Below are positions 19,142-27,370 of a DNA stretch of 64,000 bases, in pieces (position 1 is the first letter of the stretch; each line of letters opens with the position of its first letter). Both the position numbers and the translations under genes were made by a program. Origin of the DNA: Patescibacteria group bacterium (GTDB lineage Bacteria > Patescibacteriota > Minisyncoccia > Minisyncoccales > UBA10102); contig JANBVJ010000001.1 in the NCBI GenBank assembly GCA_024239055.1, positions 297,124 through 361,123 of the forward strand, read 5' to 3'. The notes beneath the pieces were generated by a model. It made no database searches. It had not been told where the DNA came from and worked only from the letters and a program-made list of their open reading frames with translations.

Positions 19142-19855
19142 TTAATGTTCTACCCCTGGAAGGAACGCCGACGCTGAACCATTACAGTCGTCGGGGAGTT
19201 CAATCGAACGTGAGCCGAACCCAACCTTGTCAATGCTGAAGTCGAGTTCCGGCGCGGCGCTGAACTCACCATCGCCGTCCGGAGAGTATTCGTCACCGGG
19301 AAAGTCAATCCAGAGATCGTCCTGGTGCTGGAGACGTTTCGAATGCATCAGCAACATGATGATGCCCGCAAAGATTCCGAGACCGAACTCTGAAGGATTG
19401 AAGGCATCACGAGCTTCATCAATTGAACGGCCTTTGTGATAAAGCCCGAACTGGGCTGGCACCACGAGGATATCGTGTCCCATCTGCTGGTTACCCAGCT
19501 CTTTGAACATCGCCACCGTGCGTCTGTGCTGACGCAGGTGATTGATGTCAAGCCCATCCATACTGTAGCTGTGAAACTTCTCGCCTCGGATCTGCTTTAT
19601 TAGACCCAGAACCTTCCGCACTGCCTCAATGTAAGTTGAAGCGATTAATTCCCACCTTGAGATGGCAAACCATCCTTCGGCGTTACTTGGGAGCGGCTGG
19701 TTTGCAATCTGCTCATCAGCTGAACCCAAGCCCGGAAACAGCTGTTGCAGACACTTGACCTGCCCCAAAATGCTCTGGGGCTTGTAGTCCAAGGAATACC
19801 CGAAGCTGGATTTCGTCCGATTATTAATGTGCTTGACCAATATTTCTGGTCTCAT
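19142..19855 (-). CDS. Hypothetical protein, compositionally atypical (GC-rich) orphan gene
   Basis: 237 aa ORF. Visibly higher GC (about 50%, 3' half near 58%) than the ~40% flanks. Own consensus promoter, AAGGAG SD 7 nt before ATG, own terminator. No recognisable domain. Confidence 0.65.
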   Translation of the reverse strand: MRPEILVKHINNRTKSSFGYSLDYKPQSILGQVKCLQQLFPGLGSADEQIANQPLPSNAEGWFAISRWELIASTYIEAVRKVLGLIKQIRGEKFHSYSMDGLDINHLRQHRRTVAMFKELGNQQMGHDILVVPAQFGLYHKGRSIDEARDAFNPSEFGLGIFAGIIMLLMHSKRLQHQDDLWIDFPGDEYSPDGDGEFSAAPELDFSIDKVGFGSRSIELPDDCNGSASAFLPGVEH

Positions 19856-19923
19856 CTCTCTTCTCCTTATTCCTGCCGGTCTGAATGTTTAAGGGAGTAT
19901 ATCCCACCGATAAGTATAGAAAT

Positions 19924-19952
19924 ACTATACACCTAATTTCACAATTTGTCAA
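19924..19952 (-). promoter_or_regulatory. Near-consensus sigma70-type promoter for the GC-rich orphan gene
   Basis: Minus strand TTGACA (19952-19947), 17-nt spacer, TATAGT (19929-19924). Lies 15-20 nt 3' of the rnpB P1 helix. Confidence 0.55.
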
Positions 19953-19966
19953 TACCTAGGCAACCA

Positions 19967-20336
19967 AAAACCCAAGTAGGTTATAGGCCGAATTCTGTCC
20001 TCCCCTAATGGGGATGGGTGATCATCTATCTTGGCCTGAAGTTGCCTTCAAGCTCATGCGAGCCACTTTTCACGAGATATGCAACATGAAAGCTGTATTC
20101 TCGGTTTGCTCTTGCACTTGGGTAAGGATTTAGCCGTTTCACCCTAAATGTTACCATTTAGATTTATCCAGTAAACTGGATACTGAAATCTTTTCAAATT
20201 TCAGCGTCACTGTTCGCACCTCGTGGATTACTCCAGACGGGTATTACCCGCTACCTGTTAGACTCCTTTTGGAGAATAAGTGTTCGGACCTTCCTCTCTT
20301 CAATAAAGAAGAGCAATCACCTGCCTACTTGGGCAA
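19967..20336 (-). ncRNA. rnpB: RNase P RNA (ribozyme subunit)
   Basis: Minus-strand sequence has P1 helix CCCAAGTAGG...CCTACTTGGG (20333-20324 / 19980-19971), P3 hairpin CTCTTC-TTTATT-GAAGAG, CR-I GAGGAAGGTCCGAAC with bulged U, TAGGGTGAAACGG, AGCAAACCGAGAA, AGATAGATGAT, and CR-V GACAGAATTCGGCCTATAA. Confidence 0.8.
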
Positions 20337-20401
20337 TTACATAATACCCCAAAATAATATCTCTGTCAAGCAGAAAGAGGCATCCATTATTGAATGCCCC
20401 T

Positions 20402-20635
20402 TCAGGTCTTTAAACCTTCCACCATTTCCTCCAATTCCCAAAAATGGAACACTTGTCCATTCTCTCTAACTAGTATCTGCAGATTTTTACAGTCCAAAGA
20501 GATGCGATTATGTTCAGATCGAACACTTCTAACTACTGCTGTAATTCGTTCTTTTGGAAGTCCCCAGTCTTGATATGACGCCTCTTTATTCAGAAAATCA
20601 CAAGAAGAGCAGGACCAATGAATTATCCGAATCAT
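20402..20635 (-). CDS. Small hypothetical protein (77 aa) with strong RBS, immediately 5' of rnpB
   Basis: GGAGG 6 nt upstream of ATG. Contains CSSC pair. No recognisable family. Confidence 0.35.
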   Translation of the reverse strand: MIRIIHWSCSSCDFLNKEASYQDWGLPKERITAVVRSVRSEHNRISLDCKNLQILVRENGQVFHFWELEEMVEGLKT

Positions 20636-20695
20636 TACACCCTCCTTCCTTGGGTCAGAATACTATTATCCCTTATACAAGGTTTATACTAAAAG

Positions 20696-21148
20696 TCAAG
20701 TGAAAAGAGAGCCATTCCTGTTTTCTGCATCCAAGGCCTGATTAACAAAGAAATCTGCCTCTTTATTCTCTGCACGAGATACTGCCTGAAATGTAACCTC
20801 ACGAAAATCAACCTTCAGGTTCCATAACTCCAAGAATAACTGCTGCATCCTTGAGTCTGTAATTTTATACTTACCATTAAGTTGTTTTACCATAAGTTCA
20901 GAATCCCCAATCATTGCCACGCTTGCAGTCTTTGCCTTTTTCTTTCCAATCATGGACCTTAACTTCTTTAACCCTGAGATCGGAGCCTTGTACTCAGCCT
21001 CGTTATTTGTTCCCTCTCCCAAATATTCCCCGTAGCCCTCAATAGTTTCACCGCTAGAATTCTTAATGACAACTCCAAGAGCTGAGGGACCCGGATTTCC
21101 TCTAGAACCCCCATCAGTATATATAATGTAATCAGTTTTGTTTTGCAT
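20696..21148 (-). CDS. rnhA: Ribonuclease HI
   Basis: 150 aa. YTDGGSRGNPGPSA (DxxG catalytic Asp), TNNEAEY (catalytic Glu), C-terminal D...N motifs of the RNase H type 1 fold. Confidence 0.85.
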   Translation of the reverse strand: MQNKTDYIIYTDGGSRGNPGPSALGVVIKNSSGETIEGYGEYLGEGTNNEAEYKAPISGLKKLRSMIGKKKAKTASVAMIGDSELMVKQLNGKYKITDSRMQQLFLELWNLKVDFREVTFQAVSRAENKEADFFVNQALDAENRNGSLFT

Positions 21149-22286
21149 AGTCTTCCAAACACTTCTTAAACTTCTCTATGTTCTCGTTTTTAATACGAAA
21201 GCCAGATGCCGGAGGATGTCCCCCATATGTCTCCAATAAGTTTGCACAGCTCTTCATGGCTTCCACGGTATTAAATCCCTTTTCAGCTCGGGCTGAACCA
21301 AGACTCTCCTTTTCCGCTATTTTATACAAATAAACGGGCTTGTGATACTCCTTTGTCAGAATGGAAGCAGCAGATCCTAGACGATAAAAGTCATGAGAAT
21401 CTGTACCCTCAAGAATTACAGAATCTGAAGCCTTACCTTCAACACGCTCTCGCATCAAAAGTACAATATCCCAGACCTCTTCTTTCTTCTCTCGCATTTG
21501 CTCAAGCAGTAGGTTAATGATCTCTTCTGCTTTTTCTTTAGTGGGAGCCGTAAGCACACGAAAGGCGCCTGGTAATCCATTCGTAACTTCCCTTGCATTA
21601 AGAACTGTAATAATCTCCTCCACCCTTGCCTCTCTACCGTCAATCCTGGCAAACTCTGACATCTCAAAGAAAGCCTGCAAACCCGGACGCCAGGATTCTC
21701 CAATAGCATCCATACCCTCTTGTATAATTGTAATGTTGTCCTCTTCCCGCGGCATCATATCAGAAATTGTACCCAAGAGAGCCAGCTCCACTATACTGTT
21801 TTTTAAGGAATCTGAAATATCCTTACCCAATATTTCATGGGCTAACTTATAAGACAACCCTACAGCAGCAAACTCTTTAAAAGGATAGTTATCACCCGGC
21901 TGCTTTGGATCTACAATAATGTCGGCTTCGGGCAGAACATCAGGTACGATATGATGATCCACAATAATAACGTCAAATCCCATCTCTTTTGCTATCTGTA
22001 TCTCCTCAACATTCCCAATACCAAGGTCAAATGCAATAAGGAGAGCCGGAGGCAGACCCTTAAAAGTTTCGAGAGCCAGCTTTGTAATTCCATACCCCTC
22101 CTTCTCCCTGTCTGGAAAATAAAAGGTCTCAATACTCCCTCCAATACTCCTTATGGCTTGTTCTGCCACTAAAACAGATGAAACACCATCCAAGTCTGAA
22201 TCTCCATACAAGATAATGCGTTCCTTATCTGCAACTGCTTTTTTAATACGTTCTGCCGCTTTCGTAAGATTCTTTATTTTCTGCAT
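21132..22286 (-). CDS. DHH family phosphoesterase (RecJ-like/NrnA-like, DHH+DHHA1)
   Basis: 384 aa. Motifs YGDSDLDGVSS, DLG, DHH (IIVDHH), C-terminal GGH (YGGHPPASG) DHHA1 motif. Confidence 0.8.
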   Translation of the reverse strand: MQKIKNLTKAAERIKKAVADKERIILYGDSDLDGVSSVLVAEQAIRSIGGSIETFYFPDREKEGYGITKLALETFKGLPPALLIAFDLGIGNVEEIQIAKEMGFDVIIVDHHIVPDVLPEADIIVDPKQPGDNYPFKEFAAVGLSYKLAHEILGKDISDSLKNSIVELALLGTISDMMPREEDNITIIQEGMDAIGESWRPGLQAFFEMSEFARIDGREARVEEIITVLNAREVTNGLPGAFRVLTAPTKEKAEEIINLLLEQMREKKEEVWDIVLLMRERVEGKASDSVILEGTDSHDFYRLGSAASILTKEYHKPVYLYKIAEKESLGSARAEKGFNTVEAMKSCANLLETYGGHPPASGFRIKNENIEKFKKCLEDYAKQN

Positions 22287-22287
22287 A

Positions 22288-23328
22288 TTACTTCTTTAAG
22301 ACTTCTAATCCAGATAATACCCCACCAGTCATATAGGCCATTAGAGCTCCACCTCCAGTTGAGGTATGGGAAAACTTATCGCGGAATCCATAAGCACCCA
22401 GGAACGCATCTAAATGCCCTCCTCCAACTACTGAATAAGCACCAGATGCAATTACGGCTTCAGCTATCTTTCGCGAACCTTCTTGGTATTTTTCCTGCTC
22501 TACTTTACCCAAGGGACCCGACCAAAATACGGTCTCTGCCTTCTCAATATAAGAAGAAAAGAGCTTTATAGTTTTTGGACCAATATCCAATCCTTCATCC
22601 ACTGCGTCTTGCGCAGTAACAACCTTTTCAGGATTGGAAAGCACAATATTATCTTTCTTTATGCTTTCCGCCACTAAGTTTGCCACCAAAACAGTATCTG
22701 CTACTTTAGATATCTTGTCTACTAAAGCTGCCTTTGTCGCAACCTTAGAACCTCCAACTATAACCACCAAAGGATGAGATGGATTATCCAAGAGCTTCTT
22801 TAATACCTCAATCTCTTTTTCAAACTGAATCCCAATAGCAGATGGTAAGAGAGTTGGCAGGGTTACAACAGAAGCATGAGACCTATGGCTCACGTCAAAG
22901 GCGTCATTTACATATATTTCGCCAAGGCGCGAAAGAGAAGCGGCAAATCTAGGATCATTCTCTTTTTCTTCCTTATAAAATCTAAGATTTTCTAATACCA
23001 AAACCTCACCAGGATTTAAATCCTGAACTTTTGCCTCCGTATCTTCTCCAATACAATCCCCAAAAAATTGAACCTCACTGCCTAAAAGTTCGCCTAACCT
23101 TACAGCCACTGGACGCAGACTCAGTTTCTCATCTTTTCCTTTTGGTCTTCCTAGATGCCCAATTATTACAACTTTTGCTTTTGCCTTTGTTAAATTCTGT
23201 ATTGTGGCAAGTAAAGAACGCAGGCGAAAATCATCTAAAATCTCGCCACCTTTACCAAGCGGCACATTCAAGCTACCGCGAAGCAGCACAGCCTTGCCTT
23301 CAACCTCTAGATCTGATAACTTTTTCAT
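22288..23328 (-). CDS. pgk: Phosphoglycerate kinase (compact form)
   Basis: RGSLNVP, IIGHLGRPKG, LENLRFYKEE, VNDAFDVSHRSHAS, VVGGGHLDAF, STGGGAL motifs collinear with PGK. Confidence 0.85.
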   Translation of the reverse strand: MKKLSDLEVEGKAVLLRGSLNVPLGKGGEILDDFRLRSLLATIQNLTKAKAKVVIIGHLGRPKGKDEKLSLRPVAVRLGELLGSEVQFFGDCIGEDTEAKVQDLNPGEVLVLENLRFYKEEKENDPRFAASLSRLGEIYVNDAFDVSHRSHASVVTLPTLLPSAIGIQFEKEIEVLKKLLDNPSHPLVVIVGGSKVATKAALVDKISKVADTVLVANLVAESIKKDNIVLSNPEKVVTAQDAVDEGLDIGPKTIKLFSSYIEKAETVFWSGPLGKVEQEKYQEGSRKIAEAVIASGAYSVVGGGHLDAFLGAYGFRDKFSHTSTGGGALMAYMTGGVLSGLEVLKK

Positions 23329-25028
23329 AGATACACAGTCTCTCCAGGACCCAGAGAACCACGCCTTACATCCTCTCCCTCTTTTGGAGTATTCTTTTTC
23401 TCCAAAGACTCTCTGAGTACTTCTCTAAGCTCTGACTTGTTCACTTCTTTTTTTTGAGGCCGCAGGTTCTCTCTAGATTTCCTACTATTTGGATGAAAGA
23501 ATGTTGGCTTTCCATCCATGGCATCAGACAAAGAGACAGATTCTGATTTCTTTGACTCTTTTTCCTTATTATTCTGTTCTTTTGCCGCCTGCTGCTTTTT
23601 ACGGCAAGACTTGCAGTAAACTGGACGCTTGCCATCAGGTTCAAAGACCACCTTTGTGTCCTTGCCGCAAGTCGCGCATTTGGCATCATACAGCTGTTGC
23701 TGAGGTTTAAAAGAAGGATTAGAAGCCACAGCGGAAGCTGCATCTGACCTTACATCCATGGCTTCTGACCATGAAGCAATTTTCTTTTCTACCACAGCTA
23801 ACGGAGTACTGTACTTTTCCCTTGAATAAGCAATAATGGCGTCCTTATTTGACTCTGCGGTTTGAGGAAAAGGAGCTAATCCCTCAGCTGAAAATGGACG
23901 TCCGGACAAGCCATCTATCATAAGTTTCACATACATATTGTACTTGCCTAAGTTGACAAAGTCTTGAGCATAAAACTCAGGAGAAAACTCCTTTTCCAAA
24001 AACTCAGCGTCTTCTGCTCCAACCCGGAAAGAAAGAAGGGTACCAACGTTACCAAACACCGCCTCCTTTACCCCGTCTTCCAACTGCTCTACATACTGAT
24101 GGCTCAAGGTTAGGGCTAAGCGATACTTTCTGGCTTCTGAAAGAATGTTAATAAATGACTCTGTGGCAAAGTTCTGGAACTCGTCAATATACAAAAAGAA
24201 ATCTTTTCTCTTCTCTTCTGGCATATGGACCCGGGACATGGCCGCCAACTGCAACTTTGTAGTAATTAAAGCCCCCAGGAGACGTGAGTTATCTTCTCCT
24301 ACGCGTCCTTTTGAGATATTGACAATCAAGATCTTCTGCCCATCCATAATCTCGCGCATATCAATGGAAGACTCGGATTGCCCCACAATATTTCTTATTA
24401 AGGGATTGGAAATAAACTGACCCACCTTGTTTTGAATGGCAGCTGTAGCCTCAACCTCAAAGCGCTGGGTGTACCTGGCAAACTCTTGAGTCCAGAAAGC
24501 CTTTATCATGGGATCCTGCACCTTTGAAACAACCTCTTCTCTATATGAGGGATCAGATAACATACGGTTCACTCCCAACAGGGTAGAACCTGGATACTCA
24601 AGCAGAGCCAAAATAGTGTTGTTTAAAATATACTCCATACGGGCTGACCATACATCAGGCCATATCTTCTTAAACACAGACATCAACCCTGAAGCAACCA
24701 GATGCCGATGTTCTGGATCCACCTCCTCCATAACATTAAATGCGATGGGATACTCCATGTCAGCGGGATTAATATAGACAACATCCTTTATGCGATCCGC
24801 CGGTACAAAGTTTAATAGATTGTCTGAAGCCTCACCGTGAGGATCAATAAAGCCCATGCCCTCTCCTGACTGAATATCTTGTATGGCCATGTTTTCTAAA
24901 AGCACAGTCTTTCCCATACCTGTCTTTCCTACAGTGTAAAAATGACGACGACGGTCGTCTCTCTTAATACCGAATTTCCTTCGGGTGTTGCGAAAGGTTG
25001 TCTCTCCAAAAAATGTAATATCACTCAT
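23325..25028 (-). CDS. TraD/TrwB/VirD4-like (type IV coupling protein-like) P-loop ATPase with C-terminal CxxC...CxxC zinc ribbon; no N-terminal TM
   Basis: 567 aa. Walker A VGKTGMGKT at residues ~33-41, Walker B FFLYIDEFQNF, downstream TLSHQ motif. C-terminus CATCGKDTKVVFEPDGKRPVYCKSC followed by a Lys/Glu-rich tail. Confidence 0.7.
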   Translation of the reverse strand: MSDITFFGETTFRNTRRKFGIKRDDRRRHFYTVGKTGMGKTVLLENMAIQDIQSGEGMGFIDPHGEASDNLLNFVPADRIKDVVYINPADMEYPIAFNVMEEVDPEHRHLVASGLMSVFKKIWPDVWSARMEYILNNTILALLEYPGSTLLGVNRMLSDPSYREEVVSKVQDPMIKAFWTQEFARYTQRFEVEATAAIQNKVGQFISNPLIRNIVGQSESSIDMREIMDGQKILIVNISKGRVGEDNSRLLGALITTKLQLAAMSRVHMPEEKRKDFFLYIDEFQNFATESFINILSEARKYRLALTLSHQYVEQLEDGVKEAVFGNVGTLLSFRVGAEDAEFLEKEFSPEFYAQDFVNLGKYNMYVKLMIDGLSGRPFSAEGLAPFPQTAESNKDAIIAYSREKYSTPLAVVEKKIASWSEAMDVRSDAASAVASNPSFKPQQQLYDAKCATCGKDTKVVFEPDGKRPVYCKSCRKKQQAAKEQNNKEKESKKSESVSLSDAMDGKPTFFHPNSRKSRENLRPQKKEVNKSELREVLRESLEKKNTPKEGEDVRRGSLGPGETVYL

Positions 25029-25029
25029 A

Positions 25030-26325
25030 TCACTCTTCTACTGTTGGCAGTCCCGGAGGCGCCTCTCCTTTCTTTGATTCCAATCGCGGAAGCGTGGAAA
25101 GAGGGGAAACCATCTGGCCTGGAAAGTGAAAGATAGTTGCCATCTCCTCAATATTCAGAATAAACATCCCTCCCGCTCTAGGAAACAAAGGGTCTAAACG
25201 TTTGGTATATAAACGAAAGAGCCTGCGCTTTTTTAAAAAGGCTCGCCGGGAATCCAAAAACCAGAAAAACAGAGTCTTCACTTTTGTTCCCGTCACAGAT
25301 AACGGCAGAAAGAAATTCATATTTGCTGTTCCAAACTGTGTAAAGTAAGAAAAGAATAGAGCCTTGTTGGCAGAAAAGAATACCTCCCGCTTTGCAAGAT
25401 GAATAACCCTGAGATTCACCTCGAATGCATATTTTCCAATCTTATTCTCAATGGCACCCACAATATCCCGTTCTCCAGGAGTTAGTTTCATCTCAGGTGG
25501 AATGAGCTCACGAATTTCCTCTTTCTTTTCCATAGGAGCGTTGCCAGTTACGACTGTAGAAGAAACCGCCCCAACATCCTGCATAAATGTGCTTTTATTA
25601 TTTTTATCTGGACGATTTACCAACCTATCCACAACTTCCTGCCCACGTGCGGGATAATTATTATCTTCAGGAGTAATAGGCTTTAGAAGCATCTGAAGCC
25701 ATAGATTCTCTCCTTTTCCCATCCTTGAAAATGCTTCCAAAAGAATACCCATGGGATCCAGACGCTTTTCTTCCTTACCCTCTGGGTTCTCCTCAAAAAA
25801 CGTTGGGTAGGTGCGAATTGGATAAACATCCTCACGGCCAAGCTGAAAGTTAGTTCCCCACATATCCCAGTCCTTATTAGGAATGTCTTGGGGTACGAAC
25901 TTTGTATAATCCTCCACCTCAATTAACTCAATATCGGGAAATTGAGCATAGATGGCAGAATCCATTGGTTTCTTTGCAATCTCGGGAATACGCAGATAGA
26001 AATGTACCTCCCCTTCTGTGGAGACAATCTCGATTGAAAGACTTAAGAGGCGCTGTCCCTCAAGCCATCTTTCTCTTGGATTAGGAGGGTCATACAACTG
26101 CCAAAGCCCTGCAAAAACGCTTTCCATTGCCTTAATAGGTTTCTCAACATCCCGAGAAATCTTTATCTCATAAATCTTAAAATTGACGCGCTTCCAAAAT
26201 AACTCTTCTCTCCACCACAGCCACATAAACTTTGCAGGATGAAACAAAACAAATGGTAGGATAAGCCACCACCAGGCAAGAAATGTCTGCCAGATGAAAA
26301 TGAGCAAGGGTTGAAATTGTTCCAT
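25030..26325 (-). CDS. Hypothetical membrane protein, immediately upstream partner of the TraD-like ATPase
   Basis: 431 aa. Trp-rich N-terminal TM hairpin (PLLIFIWQTFLAWWWLILPFVLF), then a large soluble domain. 1-nt intergenic gap to the ATPase gene. Confidence 0.55.
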   Translation of the reverse strand: MEQFQPLLIFIWQTFLAWWWLILPFVLFHPAKFMWLWWREELFWKRVNFKIYEIKISRDVEKPIKAMESVFAGLWQLYDPPNPRERWLEGQRLLSLSIEIVSTEGEVHFYLRIPEIAKKPMDSAIYAQFPDIELIEVEDYTKFVPQDIPNKDWDMWGTNFQLGREDVYPIRTYPTFFEENPEGKEEKRLDPMGILLEAFSRMGKGENLWLQMLLKPITPEDNNYPARGQEVVDRLVNRPDKNNKSTFMQDVGAVSSTVVTGNAPMEKKEEIRELIPPEMKLTPGERDIVGAIENKIGKYAFEVNLRVIHLAKREVFFSANKALFFSYFTQFGTANMNFFLPLSVTGTKVKTLFFWFLDSRRAFLKKRRLFRLYTKRLDPLFPRAGGMFILNIEEMATIFHFPGQMVSPLSTLPRLESKKGEAPPGLPTVEE

Positions 26326-26334
26326 TCTTTATTA

Positions 26335-27339
26335 TTATGTGCGAAGTTGGTATCTCCCTATAGCGTTACGAACGAAGTACTGCTTGTTTTGAAGATTCAT
26401 AACGATTGTACTCTCCTTGACCTGTCTCTGTTCTAAGGTCTTCTTTATAATATCATCTTTTGTGAGAGCTTTACCATTGCTCTTGAGAATAGAGCATAAA
26501 ACATCTCTCACAGTTCCAGGACTGTATCCCCATTCCTGCAAACCATAGGTTCCCCTGCCAACAAGTACGAACCTATCGTCTTTGATTAGTTCATTATGCA
26601 CGGTCTGAGCCAGTGCGGGTCTTACACTTAAAAGCTCCTGTAGCTTGTCAATAAGTTTGGCAACCTCAGTAAAGTGGAGTGGTGCTTCTGAATTTTTCAG
26701 AACCAAATAGGCTTTATCTTTAATGCCTTTAGGATTAATCTCAGGCCACACGCTAAGCCCCCATTTTCCATCAGAGCCCTCAAGAATATTCTTTGAAACT
26801 TCAAGAGAAGAAAGTAAAACATCTTCTTTATGAGAAGTAGCCAATTCAGCAATAGTTGCTGGGCTTCCCTGTTTTTCAAAACCACGGATAAGTTTATCTA
26901 AAAGACTCTCTACATCCTTTTGGATATCAGATTTTAGAGTCCAGAAAGAATGGAGCTGTCCGGTTTCTGACTGTCTTGTAAATGGCTCTCCCAGATTCAA
27001 AAGAAACAAAATATGATTTGCGTCATTCTCCCCAAGAGAACTCACAAGAATATCTTCTCTTTTCAGACCCCCTGCTCCTTTTAAAGTTTTCTCAAAGTGA
27101 CGAAAGATGGGGTCTACGTCTTTCCCTTTCTTTCCTTTAAATACTGATTTGATTTGCTTTAATCCCCCTTCCACAATCTGTCGGACACGCTCTCTGGTAA
27201 TACCATAGGCATTCCCAATAGATTCCAAGGTTTGAGGAGAAGAATCTTTCAAGCCAAATCTCCGGACAATAATATCTTTTGACCGGGTATCTAGATCTAC
27301 AATCAGTATTTCAGAACACTTTGAATAGTTATGTGTCAT
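26335..27339 (-). CDS. DNA-binding protein with N-terminal sigma-70 region-4-type HTH and C-terminal HARE-HTH-like domain
   Basis: N-terminus IVRRFGL...TLESIGNAYGITRERVRQI (sigma70 r4.2 signature). C-terminus DDRFVLVGRGTYGLQEWGY resembles the HARE-HTH of RNA polymerase delta subunit. Confidence 0.55.
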   Translation of the reverse strand: MTHNYSKCSEILIVDLDTRSKDIIVRRFGLKDSSPQTLESIGNAYGITRERVRQIVEGGLKQIKSVFKGKKGKDVDPIFRHFEKTLKGAGGLKREDILVSSLGENDANHILFLLNLGEPFTRQSETGQLHSFWTLKSDIQKDVESLLDKLIRGFEKQGSPATIAELATSHKEDVLLSSLEVSKNILEGSDGKWGLSVWPEINPKGIKDKAYLVLKNSEAPLHFTEVAKLIDKLQELLSVRPALAQTVHNELIKDDRFVLVGRGTYGLQEWGYSPGTVRDVLCSILKSNGKALTKDDIIKKTLEQRQVKESTIVMNLQNKQYFVRNAIGRYQLRT

Positions 27340-27370
27340 TTATTGAGTATAACCAGAATTACCTATATTG

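Noticed and set aside
19856-19966. Possibility that the GC-rich gene is co-transcribed as an rnpB 3' extension rather than from its own promoter
   Set aside because: A near-perfect TTGACA-17-TATAGT promoter and an SD sit in the gap, and the rnpB P1 helix is followed by a U-run. Independent transcription is the simpler reading, although read-through cannot be excluded without RNA data.
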